Notes: a model not told the origin generated them from the letters alone. Numbered from the stretch's first letter, positions 1-13,414 are shown. The stretch is 64,000 bases of DNA from Felis catus (GCF_018350175.1 NC_058369.1:23252001-23316000); one strand, 5' to 3'. A program made the numbers and translations.

Positions 1-19
1 GACACAATAAAAAGAAAAG

Positions 20-865
20 AATAAAAATTCTCCTGGTGATGAGAACCCTTAGGAAATATTCTCTTCACAGCTTGATTGTAGGTCATACGGCAGTGTTAGC
101 TGTAGTCCCCAGGTTGTCTTATAACCTTCTTGTCATTCCCCATCCCCCAACCCCTGCCCCTTATAACCACAAATCTGATCTCTTTTTTTGAGTTTGGTGG
201 TTTTTTGGTTTTTGCTTGTTTGTCTTTGTTTCTTTGTTTGTTTTTAGCTTCTACATGTGAGATCCTACAGTGTTTGTCTTTTTCTGACTTATTTCCCTTA
301 GCTTAATGCTTTCAAGTTCCATCCATGTTGTGGCCATTGGTAGGATTTTCTCATTTTTGTGGCTGAATAATATTCCATTGTGTGGAATGTGTGGTATATA
401 TGCCACCACTTCTTTATCCGTTCATCCTTTGATAGACACTCAGGTTGTTTCCCTATCTCGGCTGTTGTAAATAATGTTGCAGTGAATGGAAAATATCTTT
501 TTGAGTTAGGGTTTTTGTTTCCATTGTATATATTCCCAGTAGAATTGCTGGATCAGATGGTAGTCTTATTTTTAATTTTTTGAGGAACCGCCATATTGTT
601 TTCCATGGTGGTTGGCTGTACCAATTTACGAAGTGCACCAGCGTTCTCTTTTTTCCATACCCTCACCAACATTTGTTATCTCTGGTCTTCTTGGTGATAG
701 CCATCCTAACGTGTGAAGTGATATCTCATTTTGGTTTTGATTTGCATTTCCCTAATGACGAGTGATGCTGAGCATCTTTTCATGTTCCTGTTGGCCATTT
801 GTATATCTTCTTTGGAAAAGTGAAAAGGTACGTTGCTCACTTTTTAATTGGATTATTTGTGGTTT
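20..865 (-). mobile_element. L1 3' fragment (ORF2 end + 3' UTR, L1MA-like)
   Basis: ORF 453-638 (WKTIWRFLKKLKIRLPSDPAILLGIY) is the L1 ORF2p C-terminus. Typical gtttttgatttgcatttccctaatga...gagcatcttttcatg text is present. Confidence 0.9.
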
Positions 866-897
866 TTTGACATGTTCTTATTCCTTTCCATTTCCAG

Positions 898-1019
898 GGA
901 TTTCCTGAAAGCTGGAGACAAGGAGAACATTTTTAACGCAGACCATTTCCCTCTCTGGTACCGAAGAGCTGCGGAGCAGATTCCAGGGAGCTTCGTCTAC
1001 TCCATCCCGTTCAGCACAG
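898..1019 (+). CDS. CACNA2D3: CACNA2D3 internal coding exon (122 nt, phase 2 to phase 1): DFLKAGDKENIFNADHFPLWYRRAAEQIPGSFVYSIPFST(G)
   Basis: The peptide matches the recalled alpha2/delta-3 sequence. Acceptor ttcctttccatttccAG (896-897) and donor GTgggg (1020-1021). The frame joins correctly to the next exon (G|GA = Gly). Confidence 0.96.
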
Positions 1020-3625
1020 GTGGGGGTCCTTGTTAGAGTTGGGACTCTGTCTGTCTGGTCCTGCTGGCCCGGGCATTGCATTCGGAGTGTAGTGGGGGCC
1101 ATCTGAATGCTGGAGGGAGCCAAGTTCTGTCTTGAGGACCAATGCTGAATATTGGCCCAGCACTGAACCATTGACCTGTTTCATAAATACAATGGCCCCA
1201 AGTAAAATGAAGCTTTTGCTTAACTGAAGTGTGAAAAGAGCATTTCACAAAGCAGGACTGTTACTTTTTACTGTGTGGAATTTGAATACAAACATCTCAG
1301 TAGATTTTTTTTTTTAATGTTATCATGGCCCCGCTTGGAGAAAATTCATGCAGACATAACATCCTTTGCCAGAACTTTCAGTGAATCACATCACTTTGAA
1401 GGCCCACAGTCCCCCCATCAGAAACTAAATTGATTCAAATCAACATGCAGGAGTGAGCGCTGAGATTTTTGTGTAGACTTGTGATCTCCAGGAAAAGCGC
1501 ATAACCTGTGATTTTTCTAGTCCTAAGATTTTATATTATAAAAAAAACTAAGGTTGCCTCCCTCCAAAAAAGAACTGAACACCATCTTATTTCAACCATG
1601 TTTAGAAGCAAAACACACTGAACATACTTTTCGATTGTCCTTGGCTTTTTCTTGTCTCACGCAGCTGATAGTTTTTGGTGCTCATTTTGTGAAAGGCTCT
1701 GGCTGTGCCTTGTAGCAACTTCAGAGATGAATAAGACCTAGTTTTATAAACTTGGATTGCTTTAGACAGTTCAGTCTATACTTATGTTTTATATTAGAGC
1801 CACCGTATTAGTCTTTTTCAAGCATTCCGAAATCAGCCCTAGTGGCGGTTTTCTGGTGCTTAGTGTCAAAGCCCCTTCCTTGGTTCTTAGCACTTGCTCA
1901 TTTCCATGAATGAAAACGTCTTCAGAAAGAGTGCTTTCAAAATTTGCAGAAGACACGTTGGCAAGAGTTATCTAATAACTAGTTGCATGGACTCGTTAGG
2001 AAGAGAGTCTCTCATTCATGAAGATATTCAAGGAAAGGCCAAATGTTACTGTAGAAATTCCCTGAGCAGGTAGAATTTTACAGGAGATTATCAATTAGTT
2101 TCCTTCCAGGAAAAACTGAAATTCTTGGAGTCTGTACTCCTTTGTACCCATGGCCACACACACGTGTGTTCTCAGATACAAATGTCCGGGTGACTAAGAC
2201 TCTTTCTTTATGTTTGTTTGGATGACACTTTATTGCCGAAAATACCAACCGAGAGAACAGTGAACTTTCTCATTCTGCTGCAAACCTGTCAACGTCTTCT
2301 CTTATCATGCAATCTCATGCTCCTTTCTTTGTCTTGGGATTCTAAGAAAAAAAAAGAAAATAAAGAACTTAGCTTGCTAGATTTGGACTGGAAGCAAGCA
2401 TGAAGTTCTTCTTTTCCGGCAGGGTGGATTTTGCTCAAAACTGGACAAAGAAAAGGAGCAGTCAGAAAAAAGAGCAATCCCCGAAGTGTTCTGTGTGTGT
2501 GTGCTTATGAATGATGGCCCCTTGTATGGGTTTCTTCTTTTACTCTTCACCATTTTCCCTACAGAGACTTATGTCTGGGAAAAACAAATTCTGGCTAATT
2601 GAGGCTGTTGTAGAATTGGTTTTTGGCAAGTGGGGTTGTCAAAGGAATTTACCTTGTTCGTGATAAAGTTAAGGATGACTTCACATCTTAGGAGATTTCA
2701 TTCTTCCTTTTGGTTGGGAGAATGTAACATCACCAAGTACAAGTGTTATGATGAAGCTGTCTTATTGTTTCTACCATGTGTTGATTACCTGCACACATTG
2801 GAAAACAAGCTGGTTTTTATTACTGCTTAGGCTTGAGCCAGGAGAAGGTTCTCAGTTGCTTCAGTCATAAGCATATTCAAATTCAGGTCTGCCCTCTCCA
2901 TTTCCCAGTTCATATTGGATTCCATTCATGGAACACCTTTTATAAGGCAAGCATTGTGCTAACAATTATCAACCAAGGTGGGGGGGGGGGTTGAAACCTG
3001 TGCTCAGGGTCTTTTAATTTATGGATATGGGAGCCATTGTTAGTAATTGAAAATGTCTTCATACTAATGCCTTATTGTTACCACATTAATAAGAGTTTGG
3101 AGTAAGGATTGAATTCCAAGTCTATCCCTGATTGGAATGGTTTTGCTAAGAAAAGCTGGTCTTGAAATTAGAATTTTATAAATCAATAAAGTTGTAACGA
3201 ACAAGCCAAAACTAAAGTTCCCAACTTGTAAAACAGTTTCAAAACTTTATCTCCTGTAGCTCTCCACAGCCATATTTAGAGAGGCAGTGTAAATACGATC
3301 ACTAACACAAGTAAACACTGTAATTAGTAACCACAAATCACAAGAGAAATGTGGTCCCTCCAGCGGTGCTTAATAATTTTGATGTGAAGAGGCTGGACAC
3401 CCCCCCGCCCCCAGTGTGGCAGTCATAACTCAGTGCACTGATTCCTTCAGCTGACAGGACTGTCTACACAGCACCTGTGGCCTAACAGAATTGTCCAACT
3501 CTGAGTCTGGGAACCACGCACTAACACAATCTGCAGAATTGGTGGCCATGGGCCAGTATGATTACTCTCTTAACCTGGGCACACAACCATCTCCATTTTT
3601 GTTGTGATGGCTTTTCTTCTTTCAG

Positions 3626-3706
3626 GAATAGTCAACAAAAGCAATGTGGTGACAGCGAGTACCTCCATCCAGCTCCTCGATGAACGGAAATCTCCTGTGG
3701 TAGCAG
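3626..3706 (+). CDS. CACNA2D3: CACNA2D3 internal coding exon (81 nt, phase 1 to phase 1): (G)IVNKSNVVTASTSIQLLDERKSPVVA(A)
   Basis: Not in the ORF track; read manually. Acceptor cttttcttctttcAG (3624-3625) and donor GTaaag (3707-3708). The peptide continues the recalled CACNA2D3 sequence directly after ...PFSTG. Confidence 0.96.
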
Positions 3707-5116
3707 GTAAAGGATGGATTTCAGTCAATTAATAGAAATAAGCATGGCATCCATTTATCTGGCCAATGAACTGCTTCTATGCAGCGTGTTTATTCTTCAT
3801 AAAATAAGTTTTGAAAGGAACCAAAAGCTAACACGTACTTCTTCCTTAGCTTGGTGTTATCTTCACCAATTCAGGATTCTGACTGGTTGTGTTTGTTGTG
3901 ACAACAAAAATGTTTCCCAGTACTCTTATTCTCAAACCAGTAAGAAATTGTTGGTGCGTGCAGAGGAGAATTTCTTGAAAGTTGGCAGTGTGCTCATTGA
4001 AAGTAAGCTCCATATCTCCCACTGCTACATCATTAGGATAACAGTGGGCATACTAGGCAATTGTGGGTTTGTTTTAGGCACACACGAGCCGAAATGTGCC
4101 TTCTCTGAAGAGCCTGAGATTTTTACCTCTCTCATCCTGCTGAGGAATTGAAGTTAGATGTATCTGTAGGTGCCGGGCTTGGGACCAGGCGAACGCCAAA
4201 CCATTTCATGATGGAGGGTCTTAAATTGTCAAAGAAACCCTGGCTCTGGCTTTTGCCATCTCTCTCACTCTCAAGAATGTCAGTAGACATCTGTGGCCGG
4301 CGATGGGCTTTCATTGGTGGTGTTTGGCCTAAAGGGCTGGAAACTGCCACAGGTGCTCCTTTGGGGACAGCTGCTGACAAAAATGGAGTCTACGGGCTTG
4401 TCTGGCATGTGGTCTATTTCTGACATTGTCGTATCCATTGGCGGAGGGTGGATGAGACCCTCCAAATTCCATCCTGATATTGGCTAGGTTTACCAAAGGG
4501 AGTTGTTCTGCTTCCAGACAACCTCTCTCAGTAAGTTGTACTGTAGGGGGCTTTGAACATCAACTGCTGTGTCTGCACACCATGAATATTTGTGGGAAGG
4601 ATTGCAAATGGAGCAGATAGTTTTGAGTGTGGTTGTCTCTGGCTGGAAAACACCAGGCTTCTTTCCCCACTTTATTTCTGACTTAGTCTATGTGTCATCA
4701 TTGTATTAGCAGGGATCGAAAGACCTGGGGGCAATTTCCCTGGTTATTCCTGGCTTTTTGGATACGGCAAGGAAGACTGTCTTATGTGTCTGACCTGTAG
4801 ATCATCTTGAACTAGGCAGACCTGTAACTAATCAGCCAGGAGATCAGGGCTCTGAGGATTCACAGCTTCTGTCTTTAAATTTTGTCACTTAGCATCTCAT
4901 GTTCCTTGAAGAAAGTAGGAGACAGGATCATGTAACTTAGCAGGGTTTATTTTTGCTCAAAGGAAGTCAGCCTTCCTTACCTCTAGGGTGACCCAGCCAG
5001 CTAGTTCTGGAGGCATGTTATCTCCCTGGAACAGGGCCACGTGCAGCAGCTGTCAAAGATGTGGCCTGACCAAAGCGACTGTCCAACTGTTTGGAAGTTT
5101 CTTAAAACCTTTTCAT

Positions 5117-5339
5117 GGGGTGCCTGGGTGGCTCAGTTGGTTAAGCATCTGACTTTGGCTCGGGTCATGATCGTGGTCTGTGAGTTTGAGCCTCGCATCG
5201 GGCTCCGTGCTGTCAGCTCAGAGCCTGGAGCCTGCTTCGGATTCTGTGTCTCCCTCTCTCTCTGCCTTTCCCCCACTCATACTCTGTTTCTCTCTGTCTC
5301 TCAAAAATGAATAAATGTTAAAAAAAATTAAAAAAATAA
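5117..5339 (+). mobile_element. Can-SINE (SINEC, felid type)
   Basis: GGGGTGCCTGGGTGGCTCAG head, (CT)n region and A-rich tail. TSD aaaaccttttc at 5104-5114 and 5340-5350. Confidence 0.95.
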
Positions 5340-6974
5340 AAAACCTTTTCCTTAGTTTTCTCATTCAGTCATCATGAAGGATGCTCTGTGTCAGCCCTAA
5401 GGTGGCGGTGCCCATCCCAGCCACTTTTGTCTAAGCTTGCAAACTAAGCTCAAATGTTTCCAAATGCCTATTGTTTTGTAAATGTCTGTTTGGCTCAGTA
5501 TGGATGAAATGTGGACTCAGCCTGGGTACCGTGTATCGAGTCTGGAGAAGAACGTGAGTTTTCCAGAATGGTTCATTTGTCTATGCTGGTCTACTGTTGA
5601 GTTACACAGATGGCCAGAGAACACAGGCAGCTCACAAGACACGGTTTGTCCAGCTGTGAGTGGGTGGAAGAGACGTCCTCCTGTTTACTGCTACTCAGTG
5701 TGTGTCAACTGGTCCCTGTCTTCACAAGATAATTACAGAGCAAGACGAAGAAGCAAGGTTATCGAAGAAGCTGTATTTACTACTTACCTTTTAAAACTGG
5801 TAGTTATTAACCTTCTTTTTAAAAGTGTGTTTGGTAGGTGTAAGATAAAACAGATTTGCTCAGTTTGATCTTGAAGGCTGCCATGGAGGAGGCACCATGA
5901 AGGCAATGACCTCAAGAGGACCTTTCTGTCGCCAAAAGCAGAGTGGCCTCCTCAGCACTTCCCACAGATTGCATTGACTCTGACTCACCCATCCTGTCAC
6001 TGTGTGATTAGTTTCGGTAACTTTCTTGTGTGTTTTCCTCAAATTAAGTAGACATGGTTTACTACTCTAAAGTAAAAAAGGTCATTTTAATTGGGGAAGA
6101 AGCCTTGTTTTGGCAAGTGAGGATGAATATGTGAGCAGGCCTGCTTCCCCACCAGTGTGCCTCCAACTGCAGATGGAATACGGCCAACTGGCAGTAATTT
6201 GGGGTCTCAATGAAATCCTTGTGTTCAATTGAAAAGTATGTGGAAGGAAAGGTGTACAACTTTGCAAATCATTATCAAGGATACCTTTGAAAGGCCAGCT
6301 CTCAAGCCTGTTCGGGTGTTCTCATGTTCACTGGCTCTCAGTGTCTGTTTGGGACAGAAAGAGTTTCTTGTTTTGTTTTGTTTTTGCTTTATCCTCTTTC
6401 TTTCTTTCTTTTGTCTTGTTTTCTTTTTTAAACAAAACATTTAGATACTCATCTGTCAATGACATCTTTGCAGAAAGGGCAGTCAAACTGGGAAGGATTC
6501 CATTTATGCGTCAGCCTGGTGCATAAATGGGCCCCATCCATCTTTTTGGCCCATGACATTGCTTACAGTCCTTCTCTGGAGGGACCTGCCAGCTTTCCAG
6601 CTGCCACTAGTGTGCTGAATTTTCTCACTTGCTTTCCCACTGCAAAGGAAGAAATGGTAGGACTTTCTCTTTGGCTTACCAAGTCTCTCCAGAGCCCTGG
6701 AGCCTCCCGTGTATGACAAACCTCTCCTCCAGTTTTCTGTTCTTATTAGCAATGCAGACCTTGGACTGTAAAGTCCACATAGGTTTGTCACTCACTCTGT
6801 AACTTACTAAATATGTGGTCTTGGCTCTCTGAAGGTCTATCTCAAATAACATTGGGATCATTACCTCTTTCACCTTACTCTGGCTTGATTTGGGGGTAAA
6901 ATGAGAAAACAAAATACTGGACTATGAAGAAGTATAAAAATGCTAGAATTCAGGGGAACCTATTTTTACCTTCA

Positions 6975-7070
6975 AGCTTATTCATTCATTCACTCACTTA
7001 TTCACTGAATATTTCCTGACCTCCTTCCTTTACCAAGCACTCTAGATATACATGAATAAGATCCAGGCTC
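6975..7070 (-). mobile_element. L2 3' end fragment
   Basis: attcattcattcactcacttattcactgaatatt is the reverse L2 tail. Confidence 0.55.
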
Positions 7071-8777
7071 CATAATGACATTCCCTTCTTCCCTCCAAAC
7101 ACATGTAAAATAGCAGTTATTTTTAAAGCCATGTCCACACAGGACAGGTGAAGAGAAAAGCTGAATAATTACCTAGAAGGTCCTGGAGGTAAAAAAAAAA
7201 ACTTTGTTCTTTTCACCTCCTGTTCCTCAGAACAGAACCCCTGTTCTGAAGTATAGTAGATTAATCCTCAATAAGAATTCTATAAATTGAGTTGAACTTG
7301 TAGAAACCTGTTTTGCCCTCATTTTGTTATTACTGACTTGAGTTCCATAAATTTCTTAGATCATGGTGTTAATTCCCTACGCTGTTCTTCGTGGGACACT
7401 GGGCCATATCGGCCAACAGTCACAGGCACCGATTCTGCCATTAGAGGATGGAAATGACATAGAGAAAGAAACGCACAGAGGGAAGAATTGAGCCATCAGG
7501 GAAGGTGTAACTATGCAGGGAACTTCTTCCCTCCTTGGACAGTTTGTCTGAGCCCCCCCACCCCCCATTGTCCTTCTGGACTCTGACAATACACAGTACA
7601 TAATCTCAGTTTTTCTAAATAAGTTCAGGATTGGGGATTTTTTAAATAACAGAAAATAAATTCTGATTTTTTTTTTGCATTTGCTTTAAAATGTAAATTT
7701 TAGCACATCAAAATCTAAAACCTCTTCTACAAATGTGCCAGTTTGATTTCTTACATGAAATGAAAAACCTCTCCAAAGGCAAGGACTGTCCCAATTACCT
7801 TTTTATCCCCAGCGCTGAGCACAAAGGAGGTTGACATGTGGTAAATGTGTCAAAACAGTAGATGAATCAAGGAAAATGGGCTTCATTTTCATCTGCTCTG
7901 CGTAGGTCCATAAGTTTACAAGTTTTACCATCCACATGATGGGAACACAGTATTTGACTCTAAGAGAGTCAAACTCTAAGAGAAGTAGGCAGCAGCTAAA
8001 ACTCCAATCCATGCCCTGGTGATATGATGCAGACCATGATGGATATTTTAAGAAATAGAAAAACTGTGTAGTACTCCATCCTAATGGCAGCTGTGCTGGC
8101 CCAGTAGTTAATCTCTATGTCAGTAAATGTCTTTTCTGAGGTCCGAGCATTAAAGTGATATTTATAATAGCCAATCTGATCATCAACATAAAGAAAACTA
8201 GATTAGAGACCATAGAGGCATTGTTTTCCTACAGAAACAGTTTTTAAAAAGATTTTAAGTATAAAATTTGATTATTTTTAGTAAATAAATAATTGAGTGG
8301 GAGCAGGGCTCTGACCTCCTGGTCTGCTTCTCTGCAAGAAACACAGGTCATGTTAAATTCATTCATTGGGGGAAATTTGAAAATGTGGGTTATGTGATCT
8401 AATTTGCATAATTCTAGACAGTATAATAAGGGGAATGCTTGATATTAGGACAGATGATCTCATTTTAACCAGCTAATTAGGAAAGAGATGAAATTCCCAT
8501 TGACCACTAGCTATTGTCAGGTATATGATATTTAAACTGCACGGACTATTTCATATGTACTCTTCATTAGAACTGGATGAATAATGTTGGCAAAATATTA
8601 TAGGCAGATACTTAGTTTAACAACATTCCTTTGATGGGATTTCACATATTTGATATAAATGAGTTATCTAGTGTGGCAGGAATTGAGTCACGTCTGCGTA
8701 GATAAGCCTCTAGTTTGTCAGATCTGAGCAAAGGGAGTGTTTTATCTCCGCAGACATTTAGTACTTACTGATTAAAC

Positions 8778-8993
8778 CAGTAGTTCTCAACCAGGGTCAC
8801 TTCCCTCACACCCATGGGGCAGTTGATTGCATGCAGAGACGTTTTTGTCACAACTGGCTAAAGGGGGGTGCTACCAGCCTCTAGTGGGTCCAGGTCAGGA
8901 ATGCTGCTATGTATCCTCTGAGGCTCATGACAGCCCCTCCAAACAACAAGGAATTATCTGGTCCAAAATGTCAGGAGGGGAGAGATTGAGAAA
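8778..8993. mobile_element. MER20 (hAT-Charlie DNA transposon)
   Basis: cagtagttctcaaccaggg...gagacgtttttgtcacaactgg...aaggaattatctggtccaaaatgtc...ttgagaaa matches the recalled MER20 consensus. Confidence 0.85.
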
Positions 8994-9901
8994 TGACAGG
9001 CAAATGTCAACTTTTAGTGCTTTCAAATTCACTGCTTTCCCTTCTTGGGCTCCTTTATAAATGATTTTGTTTTATTTTTTTATTGTGTAATTAAATTATT
9101 CAGTAAATGTGTATCTAGCATCTACCGTGTATGTTGTGCTGGGGATACAGCTGTGAACAGCCACCCTAGACATCACTGTGGAGTGTATTGAGGGATTGTT
9201 GGTTGATACGATAGGAGGGCACCGTCAGCATGCCGTACCCGGAGGCCGGGGGACAGCTGCCCGAGGAAGAATCCTTCCACCCAGATGCCACGGCACTCCC
9301 TGAAGATACTGAGACAAACCAAGTTGCTGCCAATGGAGAGCTTCCATATGTGTAGGAGATATAGACCACAGACAAGTATTGCATGAATGGAGGGAGGGAG
9401 GGGGGAAGGAGCCAGGCAGACTGATAGTGGTAAATGCTCTATAGAGAATAGACCAGGATAAAGAGATGAGATGAGGCTGGCAGTGGCAAAGGCAGGGATG
9501 TGTGCCCATCTTCACACATGTACGTTTGGCTGTGTGGTAGGGGCAGTGCTTCTCCAGATCAGGGGATAGGGTGGGTCAGGGAAGGCCCGACGTGAGCAGA
9601 GTCCTAAATGGTGAGATGCAGCCATCTGCAAAGATCTGTGGGCAGGGCGTTCCAGGCAGACAGAATAAACTTGTCCAGGAATCTTGAATGAGATCCCTCA
9701 CACGTGTTGTAGCCACGTTCCAGGTGGGTACTCTGAGACACGGACAAGCCTCTCGGGTTTCAGGGGTATTTTCTGGGATCTTAAAGCAGGACTGATGGGC
9801 AGGTGGGAAGATGACCCAGGGAGAGGTGGGGAACCCAAGGCAGGTCTTCATTCTAAATATTAGCTATAAGATAGGGCTTTTCTATGTGTTTGGCAGTTGG
9901 T

Positions 9902-9946
<45 letters not shown>
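9902..9946 (+). repeat. (CT)n microsatellite
   Basis: Directly visible, with one interruption. Confidence 0.95.
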
Positions 9947-9950
<4 letters not shown>

Positions 9951-10924
9951 TTTTTTAAGCTGACAAACAGGAGTAATGCAGGGGCAAAAAGAGGTCTAAG
10001 CCAGTATGACTGACAACAGCAAACCTCATAGAAATGGATTAATGATGTAGCTACTAATTATGCCATAGATCAAGTCTGCCACAGAGAACAGCTGCCCCGC
10101 ATGCCACGGTAGCCAGGGATGGGGGCGCGGTAAGGACTTCTGCTCCAGGAATAAAAATAGCCCAGAAATTTGAGAAACTGGATCCCATGTGCTAACTCTC
10201 CAGGACACTCACTGCCAAGAGTCACCGTCCTTTTATAAACCTTATCAAAAGCTCCAACATGTCCTCCACCCAAAAATCAGCAGCAGAACTTTCGGATAAC
10301 AGGTCCTCACCCCTGCTTGTGTGTGTTCTGAATCAGCAAGCAAAGACCCTTCTTTTTGAGGTCATAGTGTGATTTGGGCATTAAAGCCAATGTGAACCGA
10401 GGGTTTGGCAGTGAGCCCAGGGCCGTTTCGCCCCTCTTGTAAAATGAGGTTGACTGGTGCTTCAGCCGGATTTCTAACAGCCTAGTTTTTAAAGATGGGG
10501 ATTTGTTTCATCATCACAGAAAAGGAAAGAACTGACTGATAATGGAGAATTACTTACACCCAGATGCTGTCTTGGGGGACCTCTGGGGTTCTTGTTGAGA
10601 GAAATAAATTTGCTTATAAATAAATACACGTACAGTGTTTGGCAAATGCCTCCAGTGAGTGCTCAATCATGAGTAGCTGCTAAACTGTCATTACTATTGC
10701 TTCTGTTGTTAGAATGATGGTTGGCTACACCCGCCACTACTCACTAGCCAGTGCTTATTGTCATGTGCTGTTCTCTGTGAGAACTTGCACAGGAAATACC
10801 ATTACAGTATCTTGACATGTTTCACAAAACTTTGAAACTCACACTTTCATGTCCCCATGTACCCAGAGGTTGGCCAGCTGCAGCCCATGGGACCAAATCT
10901 AGGCTGCAGTCTATTTTGTTTGGT

Positions 10925-11855
10925 TTTCTTATAGCTTCATTGAGATATATTTCACATACTGTAAAAACTCACCCACATAAAGTATACAGTCTATTGGATT
11001 TTAGTGTATTGACAGAGTTGTGCAACCATCGCCACAATCTAATTTTAGAACAATTTCAACATCCCACAAAGAACCCCTTGTACACACACAGTCTCATTCT
11101 TGATATCTTATTCCCTACCCCAGCCACAGGATACCACAAATCTACTTTATGTCTCTATGGATTTGCCTTTTCTGGACTTTGCAGATAAATGGAATCACAA
11201 CAGTATGTGGCCTTGTGTGATCAGCTTCTTTTACTTAGCTTAATGTTTTCAAGGTCAATCCATATTGTAGCATGTGTCAATACTTTGGGGTTTTTTTTTT
11301 TGTATTGCCAAATGATATTCTATTGTTTGTACATACACCATTTTATTTATCCATTCATCAGTTTATGGACATTTGGGCTCCCACCTTTTAGCTATTCATA
11401 ATGTTGATATGAACACTCATGGACAGTGGACATGGACAAGTTTTTGTGTTGACACATATTTCCGTTTGCCTTGTGTAGACACCTAAGAGTGGAATTTTGG
11501 CATCATATGGTAATTCTATGTTTGATATTTTGAAGAGCTATCAAGCTGTTTTCCAGAGTGGCTCCACCATTTTACGGTCTCACCAGCAACGTATGAGGGT
11601 TCCAATTTTTCCACATCTTGATCAACACTTGCTATTGTCTGTCTTCTTTATTTTAGCCATCCTGGTGGGTGTGAAACGATTTGCATTTCCGTAATAACTA
11701 ATTATGCTGAGCATCTTTTCATGTGCTACTTGAATTTGCTCATAAGAGAACTTTATTTTCAGATCCTTTGCCCATATTTAAGTTACATTATGTGTCTTTT
11801 TATTATTGAGATATGAGTTCCTTACATATTCTGGATATAAGTACTTTGTCTGATG
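10925..11855 (-). mobile_element. L1 3' fragment (L1MB-like)
   Basis: agcttcattgagatatatttcacatac...gttgtgcaaccatcgccacaatctaattttagaac...gctgagcatcttttcatgtgct is typical L1MB 3' text. Confidence 0.88.
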
Positions 11856-11993
11856 TCTACCAGCTGTTTTTGTAAATGACATTTTATTGAAATACAGCCA
11901 TGCCCTTATTGTCTATGGGTGCCTTTCTGCTAAAATGGCAGACCTCAGTAGTTGGATAGAGACCATATGGACTATAAAGCCAAGAATATTTAA

Positions 11994-12215
11994 AAAATTT
12001 TTAATGTGTATTTACTCATTTTTTGAGAGACAGAGTGTGAGTGGGAAGGGGCAGAGAGAGGGAAACAGAGAATCCGAAACAGGCGCCAGGCTCTGAGCTG
12101 TCAGAACAGAGCCAGACGCGGGGCTCGAACTCACAAACCATGAGATCATGACCTGAGCCGAAGTCAGACGCTTAACCAACCGAGCCACCCTTTTTTTTTT
12201 TTTTAATGTGTATTT
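11994..12215 (-). mobile_element. Can-SINE, slightly 5'-truncated, with extra tail-derived sequence at its 5' junction
   Basis: SINEC body in reverse. 19-bp TSD taaagccaagaatatttaa at 11975-11993 and 12216-12234. Confidence 0.93.
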
Positions 12216-13414
12216 TAAAGCCAAGAATATTTAATACCTGGCTCTTTATAGACAAAAGTTGCCAACTCTTGCTTTGGAAAAAAATATGTCACAATCTATT
12301 TTTTTTAAAAAAAAACACAAAACACTGATTTGTTCCTTCATTTATTTAACATCTTTTTATTTTATAAAAATGAAGTGGATATTTAAATCAGAGGCTATGT
12401 AAGTAAATGTTGAAGACCGAGCTTCATGTATCAGAAGGTGCCCATCAGTTGTGCCTAATGTTTTTGTATATGTGGTTACACAGAAATCCCAATCAAAGAT
12501 CCTAAGCGTTCTAAAAATATATGCTCTCATTGTCAGTCAAGACAGTGATTTACTTAATCTTCGCTCTAGTTTATAAACCTCCAACAGTGTAATCAGCATA
12601 ATGCTTGGTAGAGCATTGGAAATGCCCTCACATGCTTTGGTGGAAAACAGTTTATGGGATTTTTCCCCCCCCAGCATGGATCATGAGAGATTTGGGGATT
12701 TATTTAGTTGCCTTTATCCAGGCAAATCTCCTAGTGACCTTGTTGGGATCTTGATCTTATTTAAGACTAGAATATGTGACTCATGCTAAGTCAAGTGCCC
12801 ACAGAGGAAAAGTGAGCTGACCTCAATCTCCCCTCCTGGAGGAGAAGGATGGACATCAGCAGAGTCTGCAGTAGGAGCATAAATGCTCTGCCAGTCAGTC
12901 CAAGGACTCTCTTACTCATGGAAAATGCTTTGGCTGGTTGGTGGTGGGAAAGGGGGACAGTGCGGATCAGAGACTTGCACCCACCAAGAGTTCTTGGGTT
13001 CTATTCTGGATGAAAATTTCTACATGAGACCAGGATAAGTGTCTAATTGTCATTCCTACTTTAAGAACAAATTATATGTGAACAGGGTGAGGCCGATGGG
13101 AGTGTATGATTGTCTTTAAACAAAAAAAGAAAATTTTGGAATGAAACCATAGTTTATGGTCATTTTCCATGCTTTTGCTTCACTAGCCTACTCCTACCAA
13201 CTTCCAGATTTGTGCTGGTATAGTCAGGTTTTTAAGCCAAAATTATTTTTGTTATTGAATTATTTTGTGTCATGCATTTCTCGGTCTCTTATGCCATAGG
13301 ATTTTTCCACATGTCCCCTCCTTCATTCTCTCCAGAACCCACCCCAGACAAGTTTCATCCGCAGTGAAGCACTTCTCAAGGTCACCTATAACCTCCACAT
13401 TATGGAATCCAGCT

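Larger units (their letters stand above)
10864..12271 (+). mobile_element. MER58A split into three pieces (10864-10920, ~11860-11993, 12216-12271) by L1 and SINE insertions
   Basis: The pieces read consecutively along the MER58A consensus: ggttggcca..cagcccatgggaccaaatct / ctgtttttgtaaat..ttttattgaaatacagccatg / ctggctctttatagacaaaagttgccaac. Confidence 0.8.

Noticed and set aside
4132..4487. Overlapping ORFs on both strands just after the CACNA2D3 exon (possible pseudogene or antisense transcript exon)
   Set aside because: No peptide recognised and no poly(A)/TSD. A human antisense lncRNA is annotated in this general area, but nothing in this sequence supports calling one.
5117..5190. tRNA-like A/B-box sequence
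   Set aside because: It is the tRNA-derived head of a Can-SINE, not a tRNA gene. The same applies to the other copies.
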